Source of the DNA: Lama guanicoe
Lineage: Eukaryota
DNA: 64,000 nucleotides
Reading direction: 5' to 3'
Assembly: GCA_013239625.1 (NCBI GenBank)
Contig: MU056270.1
Span: forward strand, 248,001 to 312,000
Shown: positions 38,201-50,122 of the stretch, in pieces
How positions within the stretch are numbered: the stretch's first letter is position 1
How the letters are laid out: every line of letters begins with the position of its first letter
Notes under the pieces: generated by a model
Database searches by the model: none
Told to the model about the DNA's origin: nothing
The model's input: only the letters and a program-made list of their open reading frames with translations
Program-made: the position numbers and the translations under genes

Positions 38201-39223
38201 CTTTGAAGTGTCAGTGCAAAAAAAGGGGGGGTGGGAGCGGCTGAGGATGACACTGCCCTGCTCAGGGAGTATCTCAGTAGCCAGCGGCCTGTCAGACGCC
38301 TCGGGCCCCTGCCTGCCCACCCCAGAAGCAGGAAAGTCTACGACACTGAAAAAGTAAAAGTGGACCGCGACGCTCACGCATGGCCATCCACGCTCTGTGC
38401 GCTAGGACCTGAGCCGGACTGCCTTCCTGCAGCGTCTCTGCCGATGCGGGGCAGAGCCCACGGGCACGTCCAGTGAGACTGGACGTCAGTCTACGCAGCT
38501 GCTGCGCATTTTCCTGAAAAGGAAGTGGTGGCACCACCTGCACGTCCTCAGCGCGTCACGCACGTCAGCGGACCGAGGAGTTACCACACAGCATTCTGAC
38601 CGCTTGAAAGAAAGCCTTGCTCAGAATTATCCAAACGGAAAGAGGCAGGAAGCGCTGTTGACACAAGAAGAAAGCTGTCTGACGAGCTGCGCCACAGCGA
38701 CTCGACAGGGACCCACGGGGAAAGAAGTGTTCCCCCTTCAAACAGGGCCGCGCAGCACGGAGACGCTAAGACGTGTGCCAGGGCACTGACAGCCGTGGGG
38801 CGATGCCCCTGCTCGGTCAGAGCACTTCAGAAACAGCCAACGGCGGACGGCGGGCGCCGGGCGACACCCTGAGCCGGGACTCGCCCTCCCCGACACGGCG
38901 TCTCCCGGGCCCCCACTCAGAGGACGCCCAGACCCTCAGGTCTACGGGCTGGCGAACGTCTCCAACGACAGCCCACGACAGGCACACCGGCTGACGCCAG
39001 ACCATCCACAGGGCACAGCCAGTCTGGCCCCCTGGCTTGTGTGAGACAAACCACGAAAATCAGCTACTCTGGTTACAGTTCCTTACACACTACAGGCGAA
39101 CTCTAGGCTGATCACAACAGGTTTCAACGGTAACCATTTCAAAGCACTTTCGAAGGGGCTTATCTAATGTAATCAAACAAACCACCTCAGATGTGGCTGT
39201 TATCTCACGAGTGTAGACCAGGC

Positions 39224-39315
39224 CCCGGACGTGCAGGGATCTCTCACACACACACACACTGGACCCGGACATGCAAGGATCACGTGCAAGCACACACACA
39301 CACACACTGAACCCC
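39224..39315. repeat. Two-copy repeat, each copy ending in a (CA)n tract
   Basis: cccggac(g/a)tgca(g/a)ggatc...cacacacacacacactg(g/a)accc occurs twice. Confidence 0.8.
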
Positions 39316-39617
39316 AAATTCAAGCTGCTAGGTAACTTAGAATTACATTAAAAAAATGTAGTGCAAACAAAAAATAACAAGAGTTACAGGATGAAGAAAG
39401 ATCACGCTAAAGGAAACCCACTGTTTTTATTAATTTTAAACATGTAGTCAGTGTTAAGCAAAACTGCCTCTGAGAAGGAAAATTTTGTCTATTTTTCTAT
39501 TTCCAGAAACTATTTAGAACTGCAGCAGAGAGCGAACGGCCATCATTATCATAGTAAGTCATTATTTCGAAGATAAGAGACACTAATGATTAATCACTGA
39601 AAAGAATTTAAACTTAC

Positions 39618-39679
39618 TAGGGAAGTCAGGCCTTCGCTGTCAACAACCCAGTCTTCCTTCTCCGGCAGCCGCTTTATTT
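39618..39679 (-). CDS. EXOC2: EXOC2 exon ~17 (62 nt): (E)IKRLPEKEDWVVDSEGLTSL
   Basis: Acceptor cctgtag|AA, donor CTA|gtaagt. Confidence 0.96.
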
Positions 39680-40551
39680 CTACAGGGAAAGAAGCACACG
39701 GGCCTCCTTACTGTCACTGTCTCACCGACCGTCGGAAAGATCCACACAGGCTGCAGCTCTTAACTGTCGCACACAGGTCTGTGCAAAAGTTGTACAAGAG
39801 CAGGGACAGAATATAATTCTGGTGGACTCAAGGACTTAAATGTGTATTATGGATTTTTTTAAACAGAATATTAATGTAAATAAAATTTTCCACTGCATGG
39901 CCCGATTTGGAGAGTGCTGGCTAGGCTCAGTCAGTGACAACTGTGGACAACTCAGTACTTACTCAACAACTCCCGACACGTGTACGACACAGGACGCAGA
40001 GCACACTTCCCCAGAGACCTCTGATGGACAGTCTGGGCCGTGCTAAGTCCCACGCGCTCCCAGGAGCGACAGCGCGGCTCTCACTGGGAGGGGAGGCGCC
40101 ACCTGTGCAAACCCCAGGGCAGGATGCTGCCCAGCCCGTCGGCGCCGCCCCTCCTACGCGACAGTCCTGGGTCCAGACAGGAGGGCCTGTGCCGTTGGGA
40201 ACAACGGTCCTGCCTGTGTTTGAAAACACTCAATCCCCAGAAGGCCGCTGCGTGAAGCTAACCTTTACTGCTTACGACTGCACAAGATCCTGAAAGCGCC
40301 GAACGCGCACAGAGAAGACAAGCGTCACCTCAGCTTCTGCTGCAAAGAGAAACTGCTCGTCTTTCCTCTGCTTTCACACAGGTATTTCTAACGTACAAAT
40401 GTATTTTCAAAACTGGTGTCATACTTTAAACACATTCATATACACTGTGCATTCTTTTTCTACTTTACGTTAACAAGAACATGAAGGTGCTCTTACACCC
40501 GTGAAGGCTTTCCAAGTACACCCAGCTTAGCTGCCAGCTTCCTCAGCGTAC

Positions 40552-40673
40552 CTTCGGCCGCCTGCTGCAGCGTGACCACCACGCAGCGCACACGGAGGTC
40601 CAGAGTGAGGTCCTGGATCGCCTGTAACAGCTCGTTAGGAATCTCGAGAGCGGTCAAGGATTCGTACGTCAGC
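40552..40673 (-). CDS. EXOC2: EXOC2 exon ~16 (122 nt): (R)[40 protein letters not shown](E)
   Basis: Acceptor ctcgcag|G, donor AAG|gtacgc. Confidence 0.97.
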
Positions 40674-41000
40674 CTGCGAGACAAACACCACAAAACAAAC
40701 GGGGGCGGAGCGGGACGTGGCAGCGATCCCCCGACTCAGGGAGGGCGGCACCGTGCTGAGCGCCCATGGATGGAAGACCACGGCAGGGCAATGGCACCAC
40801 AGAGACACTGTCAGGAGACAGCGCCAGCAAGGCTTACGTCTTAGTCGTCAGACGATACGCGAGAAACAGCGCGCGCGCCAGGACGGGGAAACTCTTCGTC
40901 GAGTGTATTAAAAACCACATCCCACCCTGAGTATGTTTTTCCCTCGCCCCCAAGACAGCACAGGACTGACCCGGTCCCGGGAGAAGGAGCCCGCACTTAC

Positions 41001-41158
41001 CGCAGGGTCTGGATGGCGTGAGCGAGCCACTGTCCCGAGAGCTCGGCCTTTGCCTCCCCGCCCCCGAGCTGCCGGCCGCCGGCCCCCGCGGCGCTGAGCG
41101 GGAGCAGGGCCCCACGGGCCAGCCGCACCAGGCAGTGCACCACCTCCTGCGTCATCTT
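41001..41158 (-). CDS. EXOC2: EXOC2 exon ~15 (158 nt): [52 protein letters not shown](R)
   Basis: Acceptor gtctag|AAG, donor GCG|gtaagt; flanking motifs GALLPLS and [13 protein letters not shown] are conserved. Confidence 0.96.
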
Positions 41159-41312
41159 CTAGACAACGGACGGGCAGCACAGCGGTGAAGGCACCACCTC
41201 CGTCAGCCGACTGCAGGGTCGGCCGACAAGCCGGAAGTCTGACTGCAGATCCAGCCTCCCCGCGACGCTGGCTGAGAAGGCCGACCCCGAGAAAAGCCGA
41301 CACGCAACGTAC

Positions 41313-41378
41313 CTTGAAATCGCTCTGTCTCTGCCTTACGTTCTTCGATCTCTCAATGTGGCCTGACTTCTCAGCAGT
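41313..41378 (-). CDS. EXOC2: EXOC2 exon ~14 (66 nt): TAEKSGHIERSKNVRQRQSDFK
   Basis: Long T-rich tract followed by ttttaag|ACT; donor AAG|gtacgt. Confidence 0.97.
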
Positions 41379-43014
41379 CTTAAAAATTAAAAAAAAAAAT
41401 AAATAAATAAATAAAACAAAGTAAAACACGTTAGTTGTCTTAAGAAATCATGCATGAAAATAAGAAACGCTTTAGCTGTTGTACGTAAAGAGCGTGAGAA
41501 GTGGTTACAACCTGACTAGAGGAACCCTGGTCTCCGACCGAAGGACGGCTGCCTAGAAAGCCGTTCCTGCTCCGATGAGAAGCGGCTCGTCTCCCTCACA
41601 CCTGTAAGTGTACTTTCCAAACACACCTCAGCTGGAAGTTGGAGCTGCCCGTTTTTGCAGGTGAATTTCACAGGCATTCTCACCTACAACTGCCTGCGGG
41701 CATGCCTGCAGGCACGCCTTCTCGCTGGGCTGCCGCAGGAGGGAACAGGAAGAGAAGCCCCTGGAGGGCGTCTGGCCATCCTAGGACCCCACCCCCGACA
41801 AGGGTCACGAACGGAAGCCCCAGAGCCGGCACCCTGTTTTTAAAAAATGCCCTTCGCTGCCCTTCCTCCAGGGGGCTTAGAGCCTCACTCAGGAGGGGGT
41901 GTCTTCCAGTGCCCTAGCCTGCTCGCCTTTCTCCTTGGAGCAGTGTGTGCGAGCCCACTCGACACTGACCAAGAGAGATCCGTCCACCTGGCTGTCAGTT
42001 ACGGTTTATTACAACTAAGTATCACTATATACAACGGCCTAGAAGAGCAGGCTTAGGACACCTTCCAAGGAAGCACAACAGAAAGCCACAATGCAGAAGA
42101 AAGCTCTGACGCTTCATCAATGTGACATACCAGCTGCCATTTACGGAGAACTTCCAAGTTAGGAACAACTGCGCTATAAACGAGCACGGCGCTGACGTCA
42201 AGCTAATTCTAAAACACTTCAAGTTATGTTCTTTGCACTTCACACCAAGCTAGAGAAACAGCAAGCATGAGCGAGGAAGGGAAGGATAAGGGCCACTGAG
42301 TGCTTCCAACAGAGTGTCCAACACCCAGGCACGTGGTCGGCACACAGAGACCTGGAGGCGCTAATCTGCACTTATTCCAAAGATTTATATTAAGCGGTGC
42401 AGCTTATATCATTTACTTCTTCGTATAGATGCTCTTTTGAAAAAATTATAGTTTTTGAAAAAACTAACCCAAAACTCACAATAATAATTCAATAAGCAAA
42501 TTCCTAATTTCACTGGTCAACAACGCTGAAACTTCCTCGTACACCAGGATTTACAGAGACTGATGAGAAGTAACTGAGCTGCAGTGAGAAGTGACCAGAG
42601 GCACCTGCCGGGGTCTGGCCAGGGAGGAGGATGCCACGCCAGCCTAGGGGAGCTTGATGGGCTCTGGCCCAAAGCCGGTGGACGGAAGAGCCACAGGGGC
42701 TCCCGGGGTAAACAGCCCCAGAGTGTGATTCCAGCAGGTGTGCAGGGCGGGCAGGAGGCGGAGCCGGGACCACCGTCCGCGTGGCCCTGAGAGAGTGACT
42801 GTGAGGCTCAGACGCGACACCACGCGCTGGGGACCAGGCCAGTTACAGAGCAGGCGGACAGCCGTCGGGTCTCGATCGTAGGCGCTTTTCCTCTTTACTC
42901 TGTCACTAATCTATCTCAGGGCTTCAAGTATCATTCTGAATGCCTTCCTGTTTTGGATTCTGCACCCAAGTCCAACATAGGGGTGCGGGAGGCAGGGTGT
43001 TCCCACCGCCCCCC

Positions 43015-43400
43015 CAGTGACGGTGTCCGACCCAACAGGCTTGGGCTTGGCCCCACAGGGCGCCCCCACCCCAATGCCAATCGCAAGCCCAGTTGTCACC
43101 GGCGCGTCTGACCAACCGGCGACAGACTGGAGGCTCCCGCGACCCTCCCCCACTTTGGGTTCAGTCAATTTGCTAGAGTGGCTCCCAGAACGCAGAAAGA
43201 TACTTTACTCACTAGATCACTGGTTTATCGTAAAAGGATGTGACTGAGGAATAGCCAGATGGAGGGAGGCACAGGGCAGGTGTGGGGACAGGGGCGAGCA
43301 CCCACACTCTCACCCCGGTCCCCACGCGTCCTGCTGGGGTTTTTGGCGGCTTCCCCACACGGGTTCGACTGATCGCTGACCCTGACTGCGGGCGCATTCT
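43015..43400 (-). mobile_element. Solo LTR fragment, MER21/MER39/MER34-like endogenous retrovirus group
   Basis: aatgccaatcgcaagcccagttgtcacc...tctgaccaaccggc...ttgggttcagtcaatttgctagagtggctcccagaac...aaagatactttact matches this LTR group as recalled; exact family uncertain. Confidence 0.65.
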
Positions 43401-46400
43401 GTCCCCTGGGGTCAGGACAGCACAACCCTTGAGTGCCCTGACGGCCAGAGGGGTCTCTCCTGGCCGTATCTGCCACGGGAGCCACTGTGGAACTTTCTAC
43501 ACAGCGGGCTTGTTCCGTGAAACATTTCTGAATCAAAGAAAACAGTGAGAATCAACTGTCAAAAACCTCATACCAAAATTAAGGTGAAACTTGGCAGAAC
43601 AATTCTGCCCACCAAACAGATGCTGCTGAGGGCACAGCGACACCTACTGGGCACAGCCGTCTCCACCCTCCCAGGACCGGCCTCCCAGCCCGGGGAAGAG
43701 TGGGGCGGGGGAACCGGGGCAAGGCGTGCCCCTGCCCCCGTTAAAAAGTGGCTACTTATTGCTTTAATTTGGTGACGAGCCGAGCATCTCCAACATGCTG
43801 GACTATGTAAGGCTGGCCCTATTTTTAAAAGAAAAATCAGTTTTGGAACATAAAGTACATTTAAATTTACATACTATACATTATACGTCTTAAACCGTGG
43901 ATTCCTCATGTTTAAAAATTATTTGGATATTTTAAAGTTTTCACTTCAAAATACACTATATTTAAGATACATCTAAAGGAGTGGTCTTAACCCCTGCTGG
44001 CCATTCCCCTAGCTGCGAACCTCAGCCCCGTGCTGAACACAGAGACCAAAGCTACTCCGAGTGGGACCAGCGGCCAGACCTCACCGTCTGGACTCACACG
44101 TGTTACTTCCCGTGGCCCTGACTGGTCTGAAGAACTGACTACTTTCAAACTGTTGAAAACGCCATCCAAATCTTTCAACAGATGAACTCTAAATAAAACA
44201 ATATTTCATAACAAGAAAAATGAAAAGTTGCACATATATTGTGTTTAAACATTACGGAGCTCTCTCGTCTGAGGTTAAGGACCAGCCACCCAAGTCCCTG
44301 GAACAGCCCGGGTGTGGCCCTCACCAAGTCTCTGGACCGCACCCTTCCCAGCTTCTCAGGAGCGGGGAGCCAGTTTAGAAACACGCCCAAATCTGTGGGG
44401 TGAGTTACACTCAGTAACTGTCACTCTCAACTTTCAGGAAAAGCTCATGGACACAAACAGGTGGGAATTCCAAAGGCATATCCAGCCTGTCTGGTGCCAC
44501 TGCGGCCCCGAGCCCTGAAGGAGCTCACTTATGTTTCATCTGCAGCCAAATGTTTCCCTTACTTGTCTACCACGAGTAGGTATGACCTGTAATGAAGGAA
44601 AACATTCTTTTTTCACTAACATATCCCAGATCAGTAACCCTCAGGGATTTTATGAACCCTGGAAAGACTCAAGATGAGGCCGCTGCTGTCCCCGTGTGGT
44701 GGCCACCTCCCGGAACCGATCTGCCTGGAAGGAAAGACACTGGCTGGAAACAAAACTAGGTTCAAAATCTGCTTCCCAAGGGCCTTAGACGTGACCCCCG
44801 ACGCGGCTTAGCGCCAGGCCTGGGTCTCTCCATGCTACCAAACTGTTCACAAAACACCTGCCATGTGCCAGGCCAAGGACCTTTCAGACACTGGGACAAG
44901 TAACCATGCCAAACAATCAGGGCACATTCCCACCTGCCTGCCAGACACTGTGACTTCAGCCCACTTGCCCCCAGGCCGCCGGGGGGCGGGCAGACAGGCA
45001 GCTCTTCCGCTGGAGGCCCCGCTGGACGCTTCTGCTGTGACACTGGCTGTCCCAAGCATCCCCCCACCGCCTCCAGAGGTCTGGGTTGGAGGGAGCAGAT
45101 GGCATGGGTACGGCGCCGCAGTGGGGGGGGGGGCTGTCCCCACAGGATCAGAGGCAAGAAACCCAGCCCTTCCACACCAGGGGCTGCCTGTCGTCCACTG
45201 AGATGAACAAAGCCAGGGGTTGCTGGGCACGTCTGAGAGCAGGACACCCGACAACAGACGTGAGAGTGCCTGTCCTCGGCCAGCACCCTGCACGCCCCGC
45301 AGGGCTGGCCAAGCCCTCACGTGTCTTGCGGAAGGCGGAGTGTCCGCACAGTTCTCTTCCGACAGCGCCCTTCATCACCAGGTGATGCGCAGTGGACAGA
45401 AAAGAGCTGTGATGCACGCCGTTTGCAGCTACGATACTTGAACATATCAGTGATCGACATGGCTGAACTTAAGGGAAGAAAAAAATACAGTGAACTCCGG
45501 CTGAAGAGGCAGACTCTTCCGCACGAAGGACTTTGTTTGTCACGCGCTGTTGTTGTCCTGTTCTTCATGGACCAAGCAAATTTTGTCGTTCAGATACCCA
45601 ACCTTGTGTTCAAACAAACATCTAGGGTCTCCCAGGCATAGCGGAAAAGAGACGGTGGAAACTCCTCTCATAGCAGCACGAACACACGCCCAGGGCCAAG
45701 GAGACCGGATGGGGCCTGAGCGCCAGCACCTACCACTTTCTGTCAAGGAAGAGGGGTCCTGAATGGCAGAGGTGTCACTGGTGAAAGGGCAAACGCAGCT
45801 CTGAGCTGCCAGACGCAGTGGCCCCGGGAGGACCCCACCTCCCAGCCCTGGTCAGTGGGAGTCTCCACGTCCGCGACATCCGGCGGGATCCCCGGCAGCT
45901 CCAGGCGAAGGGCCTGAGAGTCCGCGTTCCAGGACTGGGGGCCTGTCAGGGCACCAGAGACCACCCCACGTGCCACACACGAAAGCCAGTCATCATTTGA
46001 CGTTCACGGTTTGTCCACTACCAACTAAGGAGGATTAGGGCGGCGAGGAAGCGTGCAGGCTGTGGAAAGGCAAAGGCGTCTAACAACTGCCCAGGCTGCC
46101 CCATGCGGGCAGGAGAGCAGGACCTCCAGCTTCTCTCCAAGGGGGAGGCCCCACAGCACTCAGCCCCGCGAGCAGGCGTGATGTCTGTCCTGCTCGCAGG
46201 CAGCGCACAGCAGCGTCAGCCACACTTTGGCCTGACAGGCATTATCCCAAATTCAGGATCTTTTATTCTCTCGCCGAGTCCTCATGCCTGCCTTTTGAGA
46301 GACACCCTCAGCGTCCTCTTTCCAGTCGAGGGTACCGAGTCCCAGAACAGCTAATACTTGTTCAAGGCCGCACAGCTGCTAAGTGTTGGGGCTCCACAGT

Positions 46401-46545
46401 GCTTCCAACTCAACTTAGAGTATCTGATAACACTCAGGGGCTTTGGGCCTCTGAGGTTTTAAAAAAGTCACTTCAAAATCAAAACCTGTGAGACCAGAAA
46501 TCGACACCGGCCCAGCCACACGGACAGTCGCGTCTGCACACGCAC

Positions 46546-46670
46546 CTCGCTGAAGAGACTTCCGGTGACGTAGGAGACCCAGAGCTTCCAGAAGTTGGGC
46601 AGCTGACTCAAGACAAGCTTGGTCAGTTTTTCAACAAAGGCCACCCGGTGCGGGGTCCTGTCCCTCCACG
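46546..46670 (-). CDS. EXOC2: EXOC2 exon ~13 (125 nt): (T)[41 protein letters not shown]
   Basis: Acceptor ccccgcag|CG, donor GAG|gtgcgt. Confidence 0.97.
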
Positions 46671-49600
46671 CTGCGGGGAAGAGTAAAGCACTATTAGCGA
46701 CGCCAAGTCGAGAACCATCATCTGCCGCAGCAGCCTGCTGCTCCCCGCCTAGAGCTCGCCCCCCGTCCGCCCCCACGGCCAGCGCGGAGGGCCTGGAGGG
46801 TGCCCAGGAAGCAGGGGCTGCGATCCCATGGGCAGGGGCTTCCCAACCTCGCTGTCCCCACGCTGCTGTTTTTCTCCTCAAGAAGCCAGGCTACAGGCTG
46901 CCCCATGGCCAGTAGCCAACCTTGAGGCCGAGAGCAACCCATCAGAAACGCACCACCCACCCCACACGCTGGGAATTCCGTAAGAAATCGAATTATCACA
47001 CAGAAGCACATTCAAGCACAGTCATGTCATGAAAACCTCCTCCCACGACAAAGAGATCTAAGAAAAAATAACACACTTCGCCTCCTGGGATACATGTGGT
47101 TAAACGCAGCTCCCGCGGGAAGTGGGAAGAGAAGCCTGTAGACGTCCCATCCACGGGAGTGAGGGTGCACGGTGAAGCCGGGGCTTAAGCACCCCCAGCC
47201 TCTCCGTCCTCTGGGCTACTCCTCCCTCCGCGCCGGCTTCCTGGCCCCCACGGCCTGCCGGCACCCAGGCCAGGTCAGGGCGGGACCCACCTCCCTGCGT
47301 CAGCACCGGCTGGCTTCCCTTCGAGCACACCGAAGCCAAAGCTTTGTTACTATTACTCTTCTTGATGTTCTAGTGGGGGGAGGGGATTTTACTTACTTCA
47401 AAAGGTTTAATTGTTTTCTCAGCAGACAATATATGGTCAGAAGAAAACATGCAGAGTGTGAGCGAGGGGCCCACCCGCCGCCCGCATCCCACCACCCCCA
47501 CCCGCCTCGCAGGGCGGCCAGGTGGAGCTGCAGGCACTCAGTCATTGCGGCCCCCGGAACACGGCGCCTGCAGCTCCTGCACAGGGACAGAGAGCACTTC
47601 TGAGTTTCAGGTTCCAGTCTGAACTTTCTGTCACCAGCAGATGCCTTACACCTACGTGTGTGCGCGTGGAACGAGTCCTCTCCTCCAGCCCTTCTGAACC
47701 TCCCCGTTCTAAGTCTACGACACCCAGCTCTGATCAGTGTAACTCCAGACGACTCTGCACTTTCTCTTCTGACTCCAGCGTGTCCCAGTCAGTTCCCACC
47801 TGCTCTGTCACGGACAGAGCGCCTCCGGGAGGCACCTCCCAGGGCCCGTGGGAAGAACCAGGGGACCGGGCAGGGATGTCCAACACAGCTCAGCAGCAAT
47901 CAGGACGCAGGCTATCTCCGGATCACAGAGCTCTGCTTTGGTCACAAAGTCACCGAGCTCCCTCAGCGTTTCTCACCCCTGCTGCTCTGCAAGCGCCCCT
48001 CGTGCTGCTCCAGGCTCCAGTCATCACCTCAGAGGGGCTGAACCTGACTTACTGCCCTGAACCTCCAGCCCCGAACAGCCCGAAGACGGGGGAAAACACA
48101 CAGACGCTGGACATGCGGCAGCACAGGACCGCGTCCCCCACGAGGGAAACGCGCTCCGGGTTCTGCCTGCGGAGAGCGGCCCACGCAAAGCTCTCTGAGT
48201 TGCAAGAAGGAGTTCAAGGAGGGGGGTGAGCGGACGCTGCCGGGAGAGTTCTGGAAAGGAGGAGGAACCGCGTGGGGAAAAGCCCCAGGACCTGGCACAG
48301 AGGCGGCCGGGCAGCAGAGGGCCTGTCCTCCTCAGCCACCGCCCGGGACACTCAGGAGCAGGGCTCCAGGCTCCAGCTGCTCCGCCAAGGCCCCAGACGA
48401 ACCAAACTCCCCGCAAGTAACTGGGGAAGCAAGCCCTGCCCTCTTCGGAGGAAAGCGGCAAACCCGACACTCAGCACAGCGTCTGCGCAACAGAACACGA
48501 CCCGCTGAGCCAAGGGCGGGGAAGGAGACCCGCGAGCCGGGATCAGGGAGAAAGTCTGTCAGGAGCAACAGACCCACCAGTGCCAGGTTAGCGTCAACCC
48601 GAAAGGACAGCGTTCAAGCGAAGGAAACCATGCAAACAATGAGAGGAAGTGAAGACAGGTGAAAGAACCAAACGGAACTTCGAGGTGGAAAATAACGTAT
48701 CTGAGACCTTTGGCTCAGACACGGCAGACACAAGACCAGAGAAGCTGAAGTCTTGGCAATTAACTCCACAGCGCATCAGGGAGTGAAAAAACGCGGGCGG
48801 GGAGCAGGTCTTCGTCTGCGGGGCAGTCTGCCTCACACACACGCAGCTGGGGTTCCAGGAGAGGATGTGCAGCAGAAAAACAGCTGACACAATGACAGCC
48901 CCCGATCCTCTAAACGTGATGACGCCTTCCAGAACCGGGCAGGGAGGGGTGCCGGGGGGGCTTCCACACCTCCCGTGTCACCCCACTCGTGAGAGGAAGG
49001 AAGCCTGTTTCTGGGCCTCGGATGGGCTGCACTGCAGGGTCAGACCCTGGCTGCGTCTGGACCCTGCTCCCCGATGGACAGGAGCAAGCAGCTCTGCTCT
49101 TTCTGGCGCTGAGACTGGCGCTGGGGGCTGGGTGGAGAAGGGGACAGACGAGAAGAAGGAAGACTGACAGCTACGAAAGCCCCCCACCGAGCACACATGA
49201 GGCATCTGACTTTAAGCCGTGCTTACGAGGGACATTTATTCACAGGTATCCATGCAACCTAGGGGAAGATCGCTACTCCAGTACTTAAAAGAGTAACGTG
49301 AAGTGTGGCGAAATAAACTGAACACGAAGTGAGGTATTTCCCTGACTGTGTCTGCATTCCTCAGGTGTGTTACTGACGTCACAGGGCCCGGTGGCCTGCA
49401 GCACCCAGCCAGAACACTGACGTGTCACAGCCGACGCCTCCTGTGTCTCGCGCAGGGAGGATGCACACAGCAGATGAAGGGCAGCCTCAGAAAGGTTAGG
49501 AAGCGCGGCGACTACACCTGAGCTGCTCCAGCTCAGGAAAATGACTAGCAATTAATTTCTGATTAATGAACAACCAACCTTTCTTTCCAAACCAAATTCT

Positions 49601-49996
49601 AAAATTCACTAAAAAGGCGCCTACTAGTCTTCTGTACTGACTACACAAATTAACTTCTGTTACAACTTTCACCCTAAAGGAGTTCTCAGGAAACTTTTTC
49701 TGTAGCACGTTAAAAAAAATTCAACTGCAGAAAAAATAAGACTAGACTTCAACCAAATATGTTGAGTAAACACTGACCTGTGCCCAGTGATTTTTTTTTA
49801 ATGGCACTTCCTTAATGTACAACATAATATGCACTTAACCATTTAAACTTCATTACCAGGTGGCTGCTGAGTGAGCAGGAGATGTGGCGGTGGGTCATGC
49901 CCGGCAGCAGCGACTCGGCTGCTGGCGGGCATTTCCAGGAGGAAGCGCTAGCACCTGCTGGAGGACAGACCTCAGAGAAGAGAGGGGGACACTTAC

Positions 49997-50122
49997 TGTC
50001 ATCGCGACCCGGCTGAGAGCTGCTGCCTCGCTTCAGCGACGCCGTCTGGCCCAGGTGGCCCAGCACGGAGGGCCGCGAGTCCCCGTCCAGCTCCAGCGCG
50101 GCGCCGTGCAGGCCTGGCGACC
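49997..50122 (-). CDS. EXOC2: EXOC2 exon ~12 (126 nt): (G)[41 protein letters not shown](T)
   Basis: Acceptor tcttccag|GG, donor ACA|gtaagt. Confidence 0.96.
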
